NCBI GenBank assembly: GCA_963695545.1
Contig: OY968796.1
Coordinates: forward strand, 3,424,001 to 3,488,000
DNA length: 64,000 nt
Direction: 5' to 3'
DNA from: Terriglobia bacterium
Lineage (GTDB): Bacteria; Acidobacteriota; Terriglobia; Acidiferrales; UBA7541
Shown here: piece after piece, positions 9,256 to 18,413 of the stretch
Layout: every line of letters starts with the position of its first letter
Position numbering within the stretch: the stretch's first letter is position 1
Notes under the pieces: generated by a model
What the model was told of the DNA's origin: nothing
The model's database searches: none
Seen by the model: only the letters and a program-made list of their open reading frames with translations
Position numbers and translations under genes: made by a program

Positions 9256-11784
9256 TTACTGCGCTTCGCGGGATTTGATTTCTTCGTGAGTGAGCAGGCG
9301 GATGGGGACACTCTGGACGCGCCAAATTTCGCGGCAGTATTCGCGGATGGTGCGGTCGGAAGAAAATTTGCCGGAGCGCGCAGAGTTGAGGATGGACATG
9401 CGCGTCCAAGTTTCCTGGTCCTGATAGATGCCGCTGACGCGGGCCTGGCACTCGGCGTAGAACTGAAAATCGGCCATGACCATGAATGGATCGCTCCAGA
9501 CCAGCGTGTCGATCAGGGAGCGAAACAGATCGGTGTCGCCGCGAGAGAAAAATCCGGTGCGAATTAGATCGATGACGCCGCGCAGATCGGGATTGGTGTC
9601 GTAAAATTCCGAGGGACGATAGCCCTGCGATTTCACTTTCGCGACTTCCTGCGTGGTAAGGCCGAACAAAAAGAAATTCTCGGCTCCCACTTCATCCTGG
9701 ATTTCGATGTTGGCGCCATCGAGGGTGCCGATGGTCAGAGCGCCGTTCATGCAGAATTTCATGTTGCCCGTGCCGGAGGCTTCCTTCCCTGCCGTGGAGA
9801 TTTGCTCGGAGAGTTCGGCGGCGGGATAGATGCGCTGGCCGCTGGTTACGTTGAAGTTGGGAAGGAAGACGACCTTCAGGTGGTCGCGCACGGTTTCATC
9901 GCGGATCAGGACGTCGCTCACGGAATTGATGAGCTTGATGATCAGTTTGGCCATGTGATAGCCCGGGGCGGCCTTGCCGCCGAAAATGAACGTGCGCGGA
10001 ACGGGCCTAAACGAAGGGTCCGCCTTCATGCGGTTATACAAGGCGATTACGTGCAGGATGTTGAGGTGCTGGCGCTTGTATTCGTGGATGCGTTTGACCT
10101 GCACGTCGAACATGGAATCGGGATCGACGGGGAGGCCGGTGCGCTTTTCGATAAACGAGGCGAGTTCGCGCTTATTGGCGCGCTTGACTTCGCGCCATTT
10201 CTCGCGGAATCCGGCGTCTTCGGCGAACGGCTCAAGATTGCGGAGCTGGTCGAGATCGGTGATCCAGCTATCGCCGATGGCATCGGAGATGAGTGCGGCG
10301 AGTTTCGGATTGCTGAGCACGATCCAGCGGCGCGGCGTGACGCCGTTGGTTTTGTTGCTGAACTTGGCGGGCCACAGGGCGTTGAAATCCGAGAGCACAT
10401 CTTCCTTCAGTAGCTCGGTATGGAGCGCGGCGACGCCGTTGATATCGTGGCTGCCGACGCAAGCAAGATTGGCCATGCGCACGTGATGGTCGTAGTTTTC
10501 GTCGATGAGCGACATGCGCGCGATGCGCGCGGCATCGCCTGGAAAACGCGCGCGCGCTTCGGCGAGGAACCCGGCGTTGATGTCGTAAATAATTTCGAGA
10601 TGGCGCGGGAGCAGACGGCCGAACATGCTGACGGGCCAGCGCTCGAGAGCCTCGGGCATGATGGTGTGGTTGGTGTAGCTGATGGTTTTTTGGGTGATGT
10701 CCCAGGCTTGTTCCCACTCCATGCCGTGAACGTCCACCAGCAAGCGCATTAGTTCGGGCACGGCGATGGCGGGATGCGTGTCGTTGAGCTGGATGGCGAA
10801 TTTTTCGTGGAAGCGCTCGATGGGAATTTTCTGGCCGCGGAGGATGCGGAACATGTCCTGCAGCGAACAGGACACGAAGAAGAACTGCTGCTCGAGGCGC
10901 AACTCCTTGCCGTGCAGCGATTCGTCGTTGGGGTAAAGAACCTTGGTGATGTTCTCGGAGAAAACTTTGTTGTTGACCGCGCCGAAAAAATCGCCGCGGT
11001 TGAACAGAGCGAAGTCAAACGATTCGGGAGCTTCGGCGCGCCACAAACGCAAGGTATTGGATGTGTTGGTGCGATAGCCGAGGATCGGCGTGTCGTAAGG
11101 AACGCCGATGACGGTGCGCTCGGGGACCCAGCGCACTGGAGCGCGCGGGGATCCGCCGTCGGCGCGCTCCGTGTGGCCGCCAATTGAGACTTCGACAGCC
11201 CATTCAGGGCGCATCAGGTCCCAGGGATTGCCGAAGCGCAGCCATTTGTCGGTGCGTTCGACTTGCCAGCCATCGACGATTTCCTGCTCGAAGATGCCGT
11301 ACTCGTAGCGAATGCCGTATCCGAGCGTGGGGATTTCGAGCGTGGCGAGAGAATCGAGAAAACACGCCGCGAGGCGACCGAGGCCGCCGTTACCGAGGCC
11401 GGGCTCCTCTTCTTCGGCGAGCAGCGCGTCGAAATCGAGATCGAGCTCCGAGACGGCTTGCTTGACTCGATCGTAGATGCCGAGATTGATGAGGTTGTTT
11501 CCGAGGTGCGGCCCCATCAGGAATTCCGCTGAAAAATACGCCACGGTGCGCGAGCCCTCGTTGGTGTAGGCCTCTGCAGTGCTGACCCAGCGGTGGAGAA
11601 GGCGGTCGCGGACGGTGTAAGCCAGCGCGAGGTAGTAATCTTTCTTGGTGGCAAGCGCGGGAAATTTTCCCTGCTCATAAAACAGATTATCGCGGAAGGC
11701 GCGTTTGAGGGCGGCTTTGGTGAGGGCGGTGCGGTCGCTTTCGACCGGGAAAGAATTAGGCGAACTTGGAGCGTCCTTAGGCAA
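9256..11784 (-). CDS. glgP: Glycogen/starch/alpha-glucan phosphorylase
   Basis: LGNGGLGRLAAC, QLNDTHP, KRIHEYKRQ and the PLP-lysine motif EASGTGNMK. Confidence 0.97.
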   Translation of the reverse strand: MPKDAPSSPNSFPVESDRTALTKAALKRAFRDNLFYEQGKFPALATKKDYYLALAYTVRDRLLHRWVSTAEAYTNEGSRTVAYFSAEFLMGPHLGNNLINLGIYDRVKQAVSELDLDFDALLAEEEEPGLGNGGLGRLAACFLDSLATLEIPTLGYGIRYEYGIFEQEIVDGWQVERTDKWLRFGNPWDLMRPEWAVEVSIGGHTERADGGSPRAPVRWVPERTVIGVPYDTPILGYRTNTSNTLRLWRAEAPESFDFALFNRGDFFGAVNNKVFSENITKVLYPNDESLHGKELRLEQQFFFVSCSLQDMFRILRGQKIPIERFHEKFAIQLNDTHPAIAVPELMRLLVDVHGMEWEQAWDITQKTISYTNHTIMPEALERWPVSMFGRLLPRHLEIIYDINAGFLAEARARFPGDAARIARMSLIDENYDHHVRMANLACVGSHDINGVAALHTELLKEDVLSDFNALWPAKFSNKTNGVTPRRWIVLSNPKLAALISDAIGDSWITDLDQLRNLEPFAEDAGFREKWREVKRANKRELASFIEKRTGLPVDPDSMFDVQVKRIHEYKRQHLNILHVIALYNRMKADPSFRPVPRTFIFGGKAAPGYHMAKLIIKLINSVSDVLIRDETVRDHLKVVFLPNFNVTSGQRIYPAAELSEQISTAGKEASGTGNMKFCMNGALTIGTLDGANIEIQDEVGAENFFLFGLTTQEVAKVKSQGYRPSEFYDTNPDLRGVIDLIRTGFFSRGDTDLFRSLIDTLVWSDPFMVMADFQFYAECQARVSGIYQDQETWTRMSILNSARSGKFSSDRTIREYCREIWRVQSVPIRLLTHEEIKSREAQ

Positions 11785-11984
11785 CGGTGACCTCAGTGGC
11801 GCGTAAAACCTTTAGCATCTTGCCCGAAGACACCGCAACGCCCGGATGGGCGCAGTGTGTCCATCGCGAGTGAAGATAGGAAGACGGTGAGCGGAAGTCC
11901 AATCCGAAAAATCTATGGAGTGTAGAAATACTTTGGCCTTTGTCCAAATGGAGTGATTCGCGACGCGCGCGAAACGTGAACTAA

Positions 11985-13370
11985 TTATAACTTGTTGAGG
12001 CCGTTGTGCCCGGCAACTTTGTAGGCTTCGGCGAAAGTCGGGTAGTTGAAGACGGTGTCGCGAAAATAGTCCATGGTGCCGCCGAAACTGAGGACGGCTT
12101 GGCCGATGTGCACGATCTCGGCCGCGTTTTCGCCCATGGCGTGAATGCCCAGGACCTTCCTGGTGTCCGGATCGAAGAGAATTTTCAGAAGGCCGGTGTG
12201 ATCGCCGACGATCTGGGCTTTGGCGAGCTCTTCGTACTTGGCGACGCCGGTCTCGAAAGGAATTTTGGCGTTGGTGAGCGAGAGTTCCGTTTCGCCAACC
12301 ATGGAAATTTCCGGGATGGTGTAAATTCCATACGGCAGCAAGCCCGGCGTGGTGCGTCCCGCCACTCCAAATATGTGGCTGCTTGCGAGGCGACCCTGCT
12401 CCATCGAAGTGGCCGCGAGGGATGGGAAACCGATGACGTCGCCGGCGGCGTAGATATTTGGCTGCGAGGTTTGAAAATGCTCGTTCACGGCGAGCTTGCC
12501 GCGCGCGCCGGCGGAGAGGCCGGCGGCTTCGAGATTGAGGAGATCGGTGTTGGCCTGACGACCGACGGCGTGAAGCAGCGCATTGCCGTGGATGCGCTTA
12601 CCGCTTTCCAAGTGCGCGGTGACGCGGCCGCGATCGTCGCGATCGATGCTGGTGACTTTCTCGCCGAGACGAAAGATGGCGCCCTGGAAACGCATGTGGT
12701 AGCAGAGCGCCTCGACAATTTCGGCGTCAACGAAATCGAGCACGGCGGGGCGCTGTTCGATGAGCGTGATCACGACGCCGAGCGCGGTGAGCATGGAGGC
12801 GAATTCGAGTCCAATGACGCGGCCGCCGACGATGATCATCTCCTTGGGAATTTCGTCCATTTGGAAGAATTGATCGCCGGCGAGGATCTGCTTCCCATCG
12901 AAAGGAATATCGGGATGGCGCGCGGGGCGGGTGCCGCAGGCGATCAGCACGTATTCGGCGTTGATGATTTGAGCTTGATCTTCGCCGTCCACTTGGAGTG
13001 AATGGGGATCGAGGAAGCGGGCGGTGCCGGAAAAAAGATCAATATCGTTGCGGCGCAGTTGATCGCGAACCACTCCGGTCTCGCGGTCGACAACCTGGTT
13101 GACGCGGCTGGCGAGATCTTTTATGGAGACGCGGCTCTTCACGTTGTAGTCGCTGCCGTAGAACGAGCGATGGCGGAAGCCGGTCAAATGCAGAATGGCT
13201 TCGCGCAAAGTTTTACTGGGGACTGTGCCGCCATGGATGCAGACGCCGCCGACCATGTCGCCGCGCTCGACCATGGCAACGCGCTTGCCGAGCTTCGCGG
13301 CGGCGATGGCGCCTTTTTGTCCAGCGGGGCCGCTGCCGATTACCACTAGGTCGTACGATTTGGCGGTCAT
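11985..13370 (-). CDS. sthA: Soluble pyridine nucleotide transhydrogenase (Si-specific)
   Basis: FAD motif GSGPAG; GGVCIHGGTVPSK with only one Cys (no redox disulfide); C-terminal VFNYPTFAEAYKVA. Confidence 0.9.
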   Translation of the reverse strand: MTAKSYDLVVIGSGPAGQKGAIAAAKLGKRVAMVERGDMVGGVCIHGGTVPSKTLREAILHLTGFRHRSFYGSDYNVKSRVSIKDLASRVNQVVDRETGVVRDQLRRNDIDLFSGTARFLDPHSLQVDGEDQAQIINAEYVLIACGTRPARHPDIPFDGKQILAGDQFFQMDEIPKEMIIVGGRVIGLEFASMLTALGVVITLIEQRPAVLDFVDAEIVEALCYHMRFQGAIFRLGEKVTSIDRDDRGRVTAHLESGKRIHGNALLHAVGRQANTDLLNLEAAGLSAGARGKLAVNEHFQTSQPNIYAAGDVIGFPSLAATSMEQGRLASSHIFGVAGRTTPGLLPYGIYTIPEISMVGETELSLTNAKIPFETGVAKYEELAKAQIVGDHTGLLKILFDPDTRKVLGIHAMGENAAEIVHIGQAVLSFGGTMDYFRDTVFNYPTFAEAYKVAGHNGLNKL

Positions 13371-13744
13371 TTAGAGAGCTGCGCTCCGCGCGGTGCGGAG
13401 GCGCTCTCCGCGGCCGCGGGATACGGGATCAAGATCATCGCGTAGACCTTGCCACACAGCGCGGAGCGGTTCAATCGAAACATCGATTCGGCTCGATCAC
13501 TCGCCGCGATAGCTGGAACGTGTTTCACAAATTGCGCGGTGCTCGATTCCGGGGGTATCCGCGTGAAGACCCAAGGTTTGGAGGTTTCTGCTTCAGGTCA
13601 AGCGGAGCCAGAATGCTGGAGGCAAACGGATGTAGAATAAGCGCTCTTTCGAGGAGCGAGAAAGCAGGCCGCAAGCGCGAGGGTACCGGCGCACATCTTC
13701 GCAACGCGCGGGTCGCGTGCTCAATATCATCCAGGAGGATCGAA

Positions 13745-14065
13745 ATGCCGAAATACTTGCTCGAGGTTTCGTACAGTCAGGAGGGAGCCAAAGGAATTTT
13801 GAAGGACGGCGGCACGAAGCGTAGACAGGTGGTGGAGGCGGCCATCGGCGCCAGCGGCGGAAAGCTCGAAGCGTTTTACTTTGCGTTTGGAAAAAACGAC
13901 GCGTATTTGATTGTCGACGTGAAGGACAACGCCAGCGTCGCGGCGGTGAACCTCGTGGTGCAGGCAAGCGGAGCGGCTACAGTGAGAACCACGGTGCTGC
14001 TGACGGCAGAAGAAATCGATCAGGCCTCAAAGAAGAGCGTTTCGTACTCGCCGCCGGGACGATGA
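13745..14065 (+). CDS. GYD-domain protein
   Basis: MPKYLLEVSYSQEGAKG…GGKLEAFYFAFGKND…TTVLLT, typical of the family; RBS GGAGGA before ATG 13745. Confidence 0.85.
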   Translation: MPKYLLEVSYSQEGAKGILKDGGTKRRQVVEAAIGASGGKLEAFYFAFGKNDAYLIVDVKDNASVAAVNLVVQASGAATVRTTVLLTAEEIDQASKKSVSYSPPGR

Positions 14066-14129
14066 GTCATATTCCGCTCGGGCGTTGCGACGCGGGTCGT
14101 GGGATTCGCGTTGGATGCGCTATGCGCCG

Positions 14130-14606
14130 CTAGCGGAGGCGGCCGACGGGAGCGGCGGGCTGCACGAGGAGCTGCTCTTTGCGGCGAACGAGCGAATTGA
14201 TGTCGTAGGTGGCGAGCTCGAAGCCGTGGCCGTGGGTGATGGCGTCGGTGGGGCAGGCTTCAACGCAGTAGCCGCAGAAAATACAGCGCGAGTAGTCGAT
14301 GTTGTACACCGAGGCGTAGCGATCGCCGGCGGAAATGCGCTTCTCGGCGGTGTTTTCCGCGGCTTCGATGTAGATGCAGCGCGCGGGGCACGCCGCGGCG
14401 CAGAGGAAGCAACCTACGCATTTTTCAAGGCCGTCTTCATCGCGCTGAAGCACGTGAATGCCACGATAGCGCGCCTCAAAATGAACCGGCTCCTCGGGAT
14501 AATTCTCGGTGACGGGCTTGAGAAACAGATTGCGCAGCGTGACGCTGAAGCCCTTGACGAGCGCGCCGATGGATTCGCCAACGTCGGTGATGATGGATGA
14601 CATCAT
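14130..14606 (-). CDS. nuoI: NADH-quinone oxidoreductase subunit I (2x[4Fe-4S]), stand-alone
   Basis: CVGCFLCAAACP and CIFCGYCVEACP; T-x-x-YP-E…RYRG-x-H motif. Start is ATG 14606 or 14603. Confidence 0.93.
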   Translation of the reverse strand: MMSSIITDVGESIGALVKGFSVTLRNLFLKPVTENYPEEPVHFEARYRGIHVLQRDEDGLEKCVGCFLCAAACPARCIYIEAAENTAEKRISAGDRYASVYNIDYSRCIFCGYCVEACPTDAITHGHGFELATYDINSLVRRKEQLLVQPAAPVGRLR

Positions 14607-14610
14607 ATGA

Positions 14611-14639
14611 AGTTTAGCAGGCGCGCAAACGGCGCGCAA
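14611..14639 (-). promoter_or_regulatory. Putative sigma70 promoter for a leaderless nuoI transcript
   Basis: Minus strand: TTGCGC-17 bp-TAAACT with extended TG, ending 7 nt before ATG 14603; no Shine-Dalgarno. Confidence 0.5.
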
Positions 14640-14651
14640 ATTGGCCGCGGA

Positions 14652-15650
14652 TCAGAATTTTCTAGCCGCGGCGGACTTGCCGGTGATGGCGGCGATGATT
14701 TGCTTCCCGTGGAAGCGGCCGTTTTCGATGAAAATTTCGCTGGTGTGGTTCCCGCCGATCACTACGCCGGCGAGGTAAATTCCGGGGACATTACTTTCAA
14801 GCGTTAGTGGGTCGAGTGCGGGCTTGTTGTTCGCGGGGTCGAGCGCGACACCGAGGCTCCGCAGAAAAGAGAAATCCGGGTGATAGCCAGTGAGGGCGAA
14901 GACCTGCTCTGCGGGAAGCGATAGCTCGCCGGCGGAATTCGAAATGCGCACGCTTTCGGGCTCAAAGCGCACGACTTCCGTATCAAAGAACGCGCGCACC
15001 TGGCCGGCCTTGATGCGATTTTCGATGTCGGGGCGAACCCAATACTTGATCGTCGAGCCGAGTTCGGCGCGGCGATGCACGAGCGTGACGCGGACCCCGG
15101 CGCGATAAAGATCGAGCGCGGCTTCGGCGGCGGAATTTTTGCCGCCGACCACGACGACATCGCGGCGCCAGAATTCATGTGGATCGGTGTAGTAATGCGA
15201 GACGTTCGGCAGATCTTCGCCGGGGACTTCCATCTTATTCGGCAGATCGTAATAGCCCGTGGCCACCACTATTTTCGCGCTGCGGAAGTCGTGGCGCTCG
15301 CCTGAGGCGTCGCGCGTTTCGACGTCAAACTGGCCGTCGCCGCCGGAGACGCGCATGACGCGCTGCCATAGGCTGAGCTCCAGTTGATAGTGCTCGGCGC
15401 ACTTGCGATAATACTTGAGCGCTTCGACGCGCGTGGGCTTCTCGGACGGGCTGGTGAGCGGCAGATCGCCGATTTCGAGCAGTTCCGGCGTCGTGAAAAA
15501 AACCATATTCGTGGGATAGTGGTAGATCGAATTGCAAAGGCTGCCCTTGTCGATCACCAGGGGACGCAGGCCGGCGCGCACGGCTTCGATGGCGGTGGCC
15601 AGGCCAGTTGGTCCGGCGCCGATGCAGATTAGATCGTAGCGTTCAGGCAT
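14652..15650 (-). CDS. ypdA: YpdA-family putative bacillithiol disulfide reductase
   Basis: GAGPTG; NSIYHYPTNMVFFTTPELLEIG; KPTRVEALKYY; GGKNSA; FIENGRFHG. Confidence 0.9.
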   Translation of the reverse strand: MPERYDLICIGAGPTGLATAIEAVRAGLRPLVIDKGSLCNSIYHYPTNMVFFTTPELLEIGDLPLTSPSEKPTRVEALKYYRKCAEHYQLELSLWQRVMRVSGGDGQFDVETRDASGERHDFRSAKIVVATGYYDLPNKMEVPGEDLPNVSHYYTDPHEFWRRDVVVVGGKNSAAEAALDLYRAGVRVTLVHRRAELGSTIKYWVRPDIENRIKAGQVRAFFDTEVVRFEPESVRISNSAGELSLPAEQVFALTGYHPDFSFLRSLGVALDPANNKPALDPLTLESNVPGIYLAGVVIGGNHTSEIFIENGRFHGKQIIAAITGKSAAARKF

Positions 15651-15785
15651 AAAACGAGTTTGCCTTGCGACGCAGTCGATTGCAACATCGGCGCCGTGCG
15701 GCGAATGCGGCCTCGCGAACCGTGATTCACAGAGGCGTAACACGCGCGTAACGCGGCCTTCACCGAATTACACGATGCTCTCCCG

Positions 15786-16580
15786 ATGGCCATAGAAGGA
15801 ATGCCGAATGCAGAAACGCTGCGAGCCACCACTCGCCGGCCTCGCGACCCGCGAGGAGGGCGCGTTTTCGGCGGCGTGGGCGGCTTCGCGGAGGCGCGGC
15901 GAAAATATCCCGGCGCGCTGATCGTGGTGGAAGGAATCGACGGCTCGGGGAAAAGCACGCAGCTTTATTTGTTGAAGCGCTGGCTCGAGATCGGCGGTTA
16001 CCGCATACACTTCACGGAGTGGAATTCCTCGCCGCTCGTGAAATCAACGACCAAGCGCGGCAAGCAGCGGCGTTTGCTGACTCCCACAACTTTCTCTCTG
16101 CTACACGCGGCGGATTTCGCCGATCGATGCGAACGCCAGATTCTGCCGCTGCTGCACGGCGGATATTTAGTGCTGGCGGATCGCTATGTTTATACGGCGT
16201 TCGCGCGCGACGTGGCGCGGGGCTGCTCTCCCGTGTGGCTGCGGAATTTATATCGCTTCGCACCGGTGCCCGATATCACGTTTTATTTTCGCGCGCCGCT
16301 GGACGTTGCGGTGGACCGCATCATCGCCGGCAGGCCGCGCTTGAAATTTTACGAAGCGGGCATGGACCTGAATCTTTCGCTGGACCGCGCGGAAAGTTTC
16401 CGGATGTTTCAAGCGCGCATTCAGGAGCAATACGATTCGATGGTGGAATCGGACAATTTCATCGTGATGGACGGCACGATGACGGTGAATCGTCTGCAAA
16501 AGCAGATGCGCGAATTGGTGCAGAAACGCGTAGACCTCGGGCGGTTTGCGCCGAAGCGGCAGGCGGAGGGGCCGGTATGA
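15786..16580 (+). CDS. Thymidylate-kinase-fold protein, candidate PPK3 catalytic subunit
   Basis: Intact P-loop EGIDGSGKST; TEWNSS in place of the TMK xREP motif; LTPTTFSLLHAADFADR…ILP; DRYVYTAFARD. First gene of an operon with ppx and sixA. Confidence 0.8.
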   Translation: MAIEGMPNAETLRATTRRPRDPRGGRVFGGVGGFAEARRKYPGALIVVEGIDGSGKSTQLYLLKRWLEIGGYRIHFTEWNSSPLVKSTTKRGKQRRLLTPTTFSLLHAADFADRCERQILPLLHGGYLVLADRYVYTAFARDVARGCSPVWLRNLYRFAPVPDITFYFRAPLDVAVDRIIAGRPRLKFYEAGMDLNLSLDRAESFRMFQARIQEQYDSMVESDNFIVMDGTMTVNRLQKQMRELVQKRVDLGRFAPKRQAEGPV

Positions 16581-17401
16581 AGCGGGCGGCGCATCACGCG
16601 GGGCGCGACGGTGCGAAGCGCGGAAGAAAATCCGCGGCACCGGCGGCTGCGGACGGAGCCGCGGCGCTGGCGGCGCACTTTCACGGAATCCCGTTGCCGG
16701 GTGTGAAGACGGAAGAACTGGGCGGCTCGCTGATTGTAGTCGAAGGCACGGACGGATCAGGGCGGTCGACGCAGATTTCGCTGTTGACGGAGTGGCTGGA
16801 GTCGGAAGGGTTCGCGGTGCAGACGATGGGGCTGCGGCGCTCGTTCCTGGTCGCCAAGGACATCGACACGCTGCTGGAAGAAAACGCCATCACGCGCATG
16901 ACACTCACGCTGATGTACGCAACGGATTTTTTCGATCAACTCGAGCATCGCATCCTTCCGGCGTTGCATTCGGACTTCATCGTGCTGGCCGATCGCTACT
17001 TCTACACGCTGATCGCGCGCGCGGCGGTGCGCGGAATTGAGCGCGGATATTTGCATGGCTTGTACGCGATGGCGCTGCGGCCGGACCTGACGTTTTGGCT
17101 CGACGTGAGTCCAGAGGCGGCGTTCGAGCGCGAGTTCCGGAAATCGCACGCGATCAGTTACTGGGAATCCGGGCGCGATATGTCGCTCTCCAACGATTTG
17201 TTTCAGTCTTTCATCCGCTATCAGGCCCGAGTGCGCAAGGAATTCCGCGGATTTTCCGCGCGGCATAGTTTCATCGAATTGAACGGCGAGAACAGCATCC
17301 CCGCGGTGAACCAGCAACTGCGCAAGCGCATTGCCGCGCACCTGGGTATTTCCCGCACGCGCTATACGCCTTCGGCGGCGTTGGCCCACCTGTGGCGCTG
17401 A
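16577..17401 (+). CDS. Second thymidylate-kinase-fold paralog with altered P-loop, candidate PPK3 regulatory subunit
   Basis: EGTDGSGRST (Lys to Arg); YATDFFDQLEHRILP; DRYFYTLIAR. ATG 16577 overlaps the upstream stop (ATGA). Confidence 0.78.
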   Translation: MKRAAHHAGRDGAKRGRKSAAPAAADGAAALAAHFHGIPLPGVKTEELGGSLIVVEGTDGSGRSTQISLLTEWLESEGFAVQTMGLRRSFLVAKDIDTLLEENAITRMTLTLMYATDFFDQLEHRILPALHSDFIVLADRYFYTLIARAAVRGIERGYLHGLYAMALRPDLTFWLDVSPEAAFEREFRKSHAISYWESGRDMSLSNDLFQSFIRYQARVRKEFRGFSARHSFIELNGENSIPAVNQQLRKRIAAHLGISRTRYTPSAALAHLWR

Positions 17402-18396
17402 GACTCGTCGAACCCCTGCGCATCGCTGCCGTGGACGCGGGCTCAAACGCGATCCGCCTGATCGTGGCGCGGGCTTACGGGGCCGGGCGCTGGGAGACGG
17501 TAGAAACGCTGCGCCTTCCGGTGCGCCTGGGACACCACGCCTTCTCCGGTGGACGCCTCAATCAGAGAACGCTGGCGGAGGCTGTCGCCGGCTTTCGCGA
17601 ATTTCAACTTCACATGGAGCGCAGCGGCGTTGTGGCCTATCGCGCCGTGGCCACGAGCGCGGCGCGCGAAGCGCGGAATCGCGAGCGGTTGCTCGATCTT
17701 GTGCGCAGACGCGCGGGACTCGAGCTTGAAATTATTTCGGGCGACGAAGAAGCGCGGCTGGTTCGCGTGGCTGTGGCGCGGGCGTTCGCGGGCCACGCGA
17801 CGCCGCGCGTGATCCTGGATTTCGGCGGCGGAAGCCTGGAGATCAACTGGATGCGCGGCGCTGAAGTGGAGCGCGTGGCGACGCTGCCTCTCGGAGCTGT
17901 GCGATTGATGGAAGCCTACCGCGCCGCGGGCGCGATTCCCGAGGAGCGCGCGGCGGAACTCGTGCGGCATGTGGAGCACGTGCTCGCGAGCGCGCTGGGC
18001 GACCGGCGTCCTCGCGCCGTGCGGCTGCTCGTGGCGTGCGGCGGAAACGCGGAATTTTTGGCGCGCGTTGCGGCGGGAGCGGCGCACAATGGATTCCCTG
18101 CGCTCAGTCTGCACGTGCTGCGTGCGCGGCTGTGGCAAATTCTTCATTTGGACGCGGACGAGCGCAAACGGACGTTTCACGTGCGGCGCGATCGCGCGGA
18201 AGTGATGGGCGTGGCGGCACTGGTGCTGCTGACGGTGGGGCGCTGGCTGCGGGCGCGGAGTTTTGTGATCCCTGGAGTTGGCGTGCGCGAAGGCTTGCTG
18301 ACGGAAATTACGCAAACGATGTTCGCTCCGCGCGGGCCGCTTACGGCACGAGAAGCGCCCAGCGGGCGCGCGCGGAGACCAGCGCGCTCGAGATGA
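17392..18396 (+). CDS. ppx: Ppx/GppA exopolyphosphatase (short form, no C-terminal HD domain)
   Basis: DAGSNAIRL, ATSAAREARN, ISGDEEARL, DFGGGSLE, LGAVRL, GVREG. Start overlaps the upstream gene by 10 bp. Confidence 0.92.
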   Translation: MALRLVEPLRIAAVDAGSNAIRLIVARAYGAGRWETVETLRLPVRLGHHAFSGGRLNQRTLAEAVAGFREFQLHMERSGVVAYRAVATSAAREARNRERLLDLVRRRAGLELEIISGDEEARLVRVAVARAFAGHATPRVILDFGGGSLEINWMRGAEVERVATLPLGAVRLMEAYRAAGAIPEERAAELVRHVEHVLASALGDRRPRAVRLLVACGGNAEFLARVAAGAAHNGFPALSLHVLRARLWQILHLDADERKRTFHVRRDRAEVMGVAALVLLTVGRWLRARSFVIPGVGVREGLLTEITQTMFAPRGPLTAREAPSGRARRPARSR

Positions 18397-18413
18397 GTGC
18401 GTAGGAGAAAACG

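Noticed and set aside
13521..13536. parS site (TGTTTCAC…)
   Set aside because: Only one half-site; the second half is not complementary.
16019..16576. 460-aa version of the second kinase ORF
   Set aside because: The extension overlaps the first kinase out of frame and is Arg/Ala-rich noise; the ATGA overlap supports a start at 16577.
15786..17401. Annotation as two ordinary thymidylate kinases (tmk)
   Set aside because: No xREP motif, altered P-loop in the second copy, and ppx/sixA context rather than holB; gene symbol withheld.
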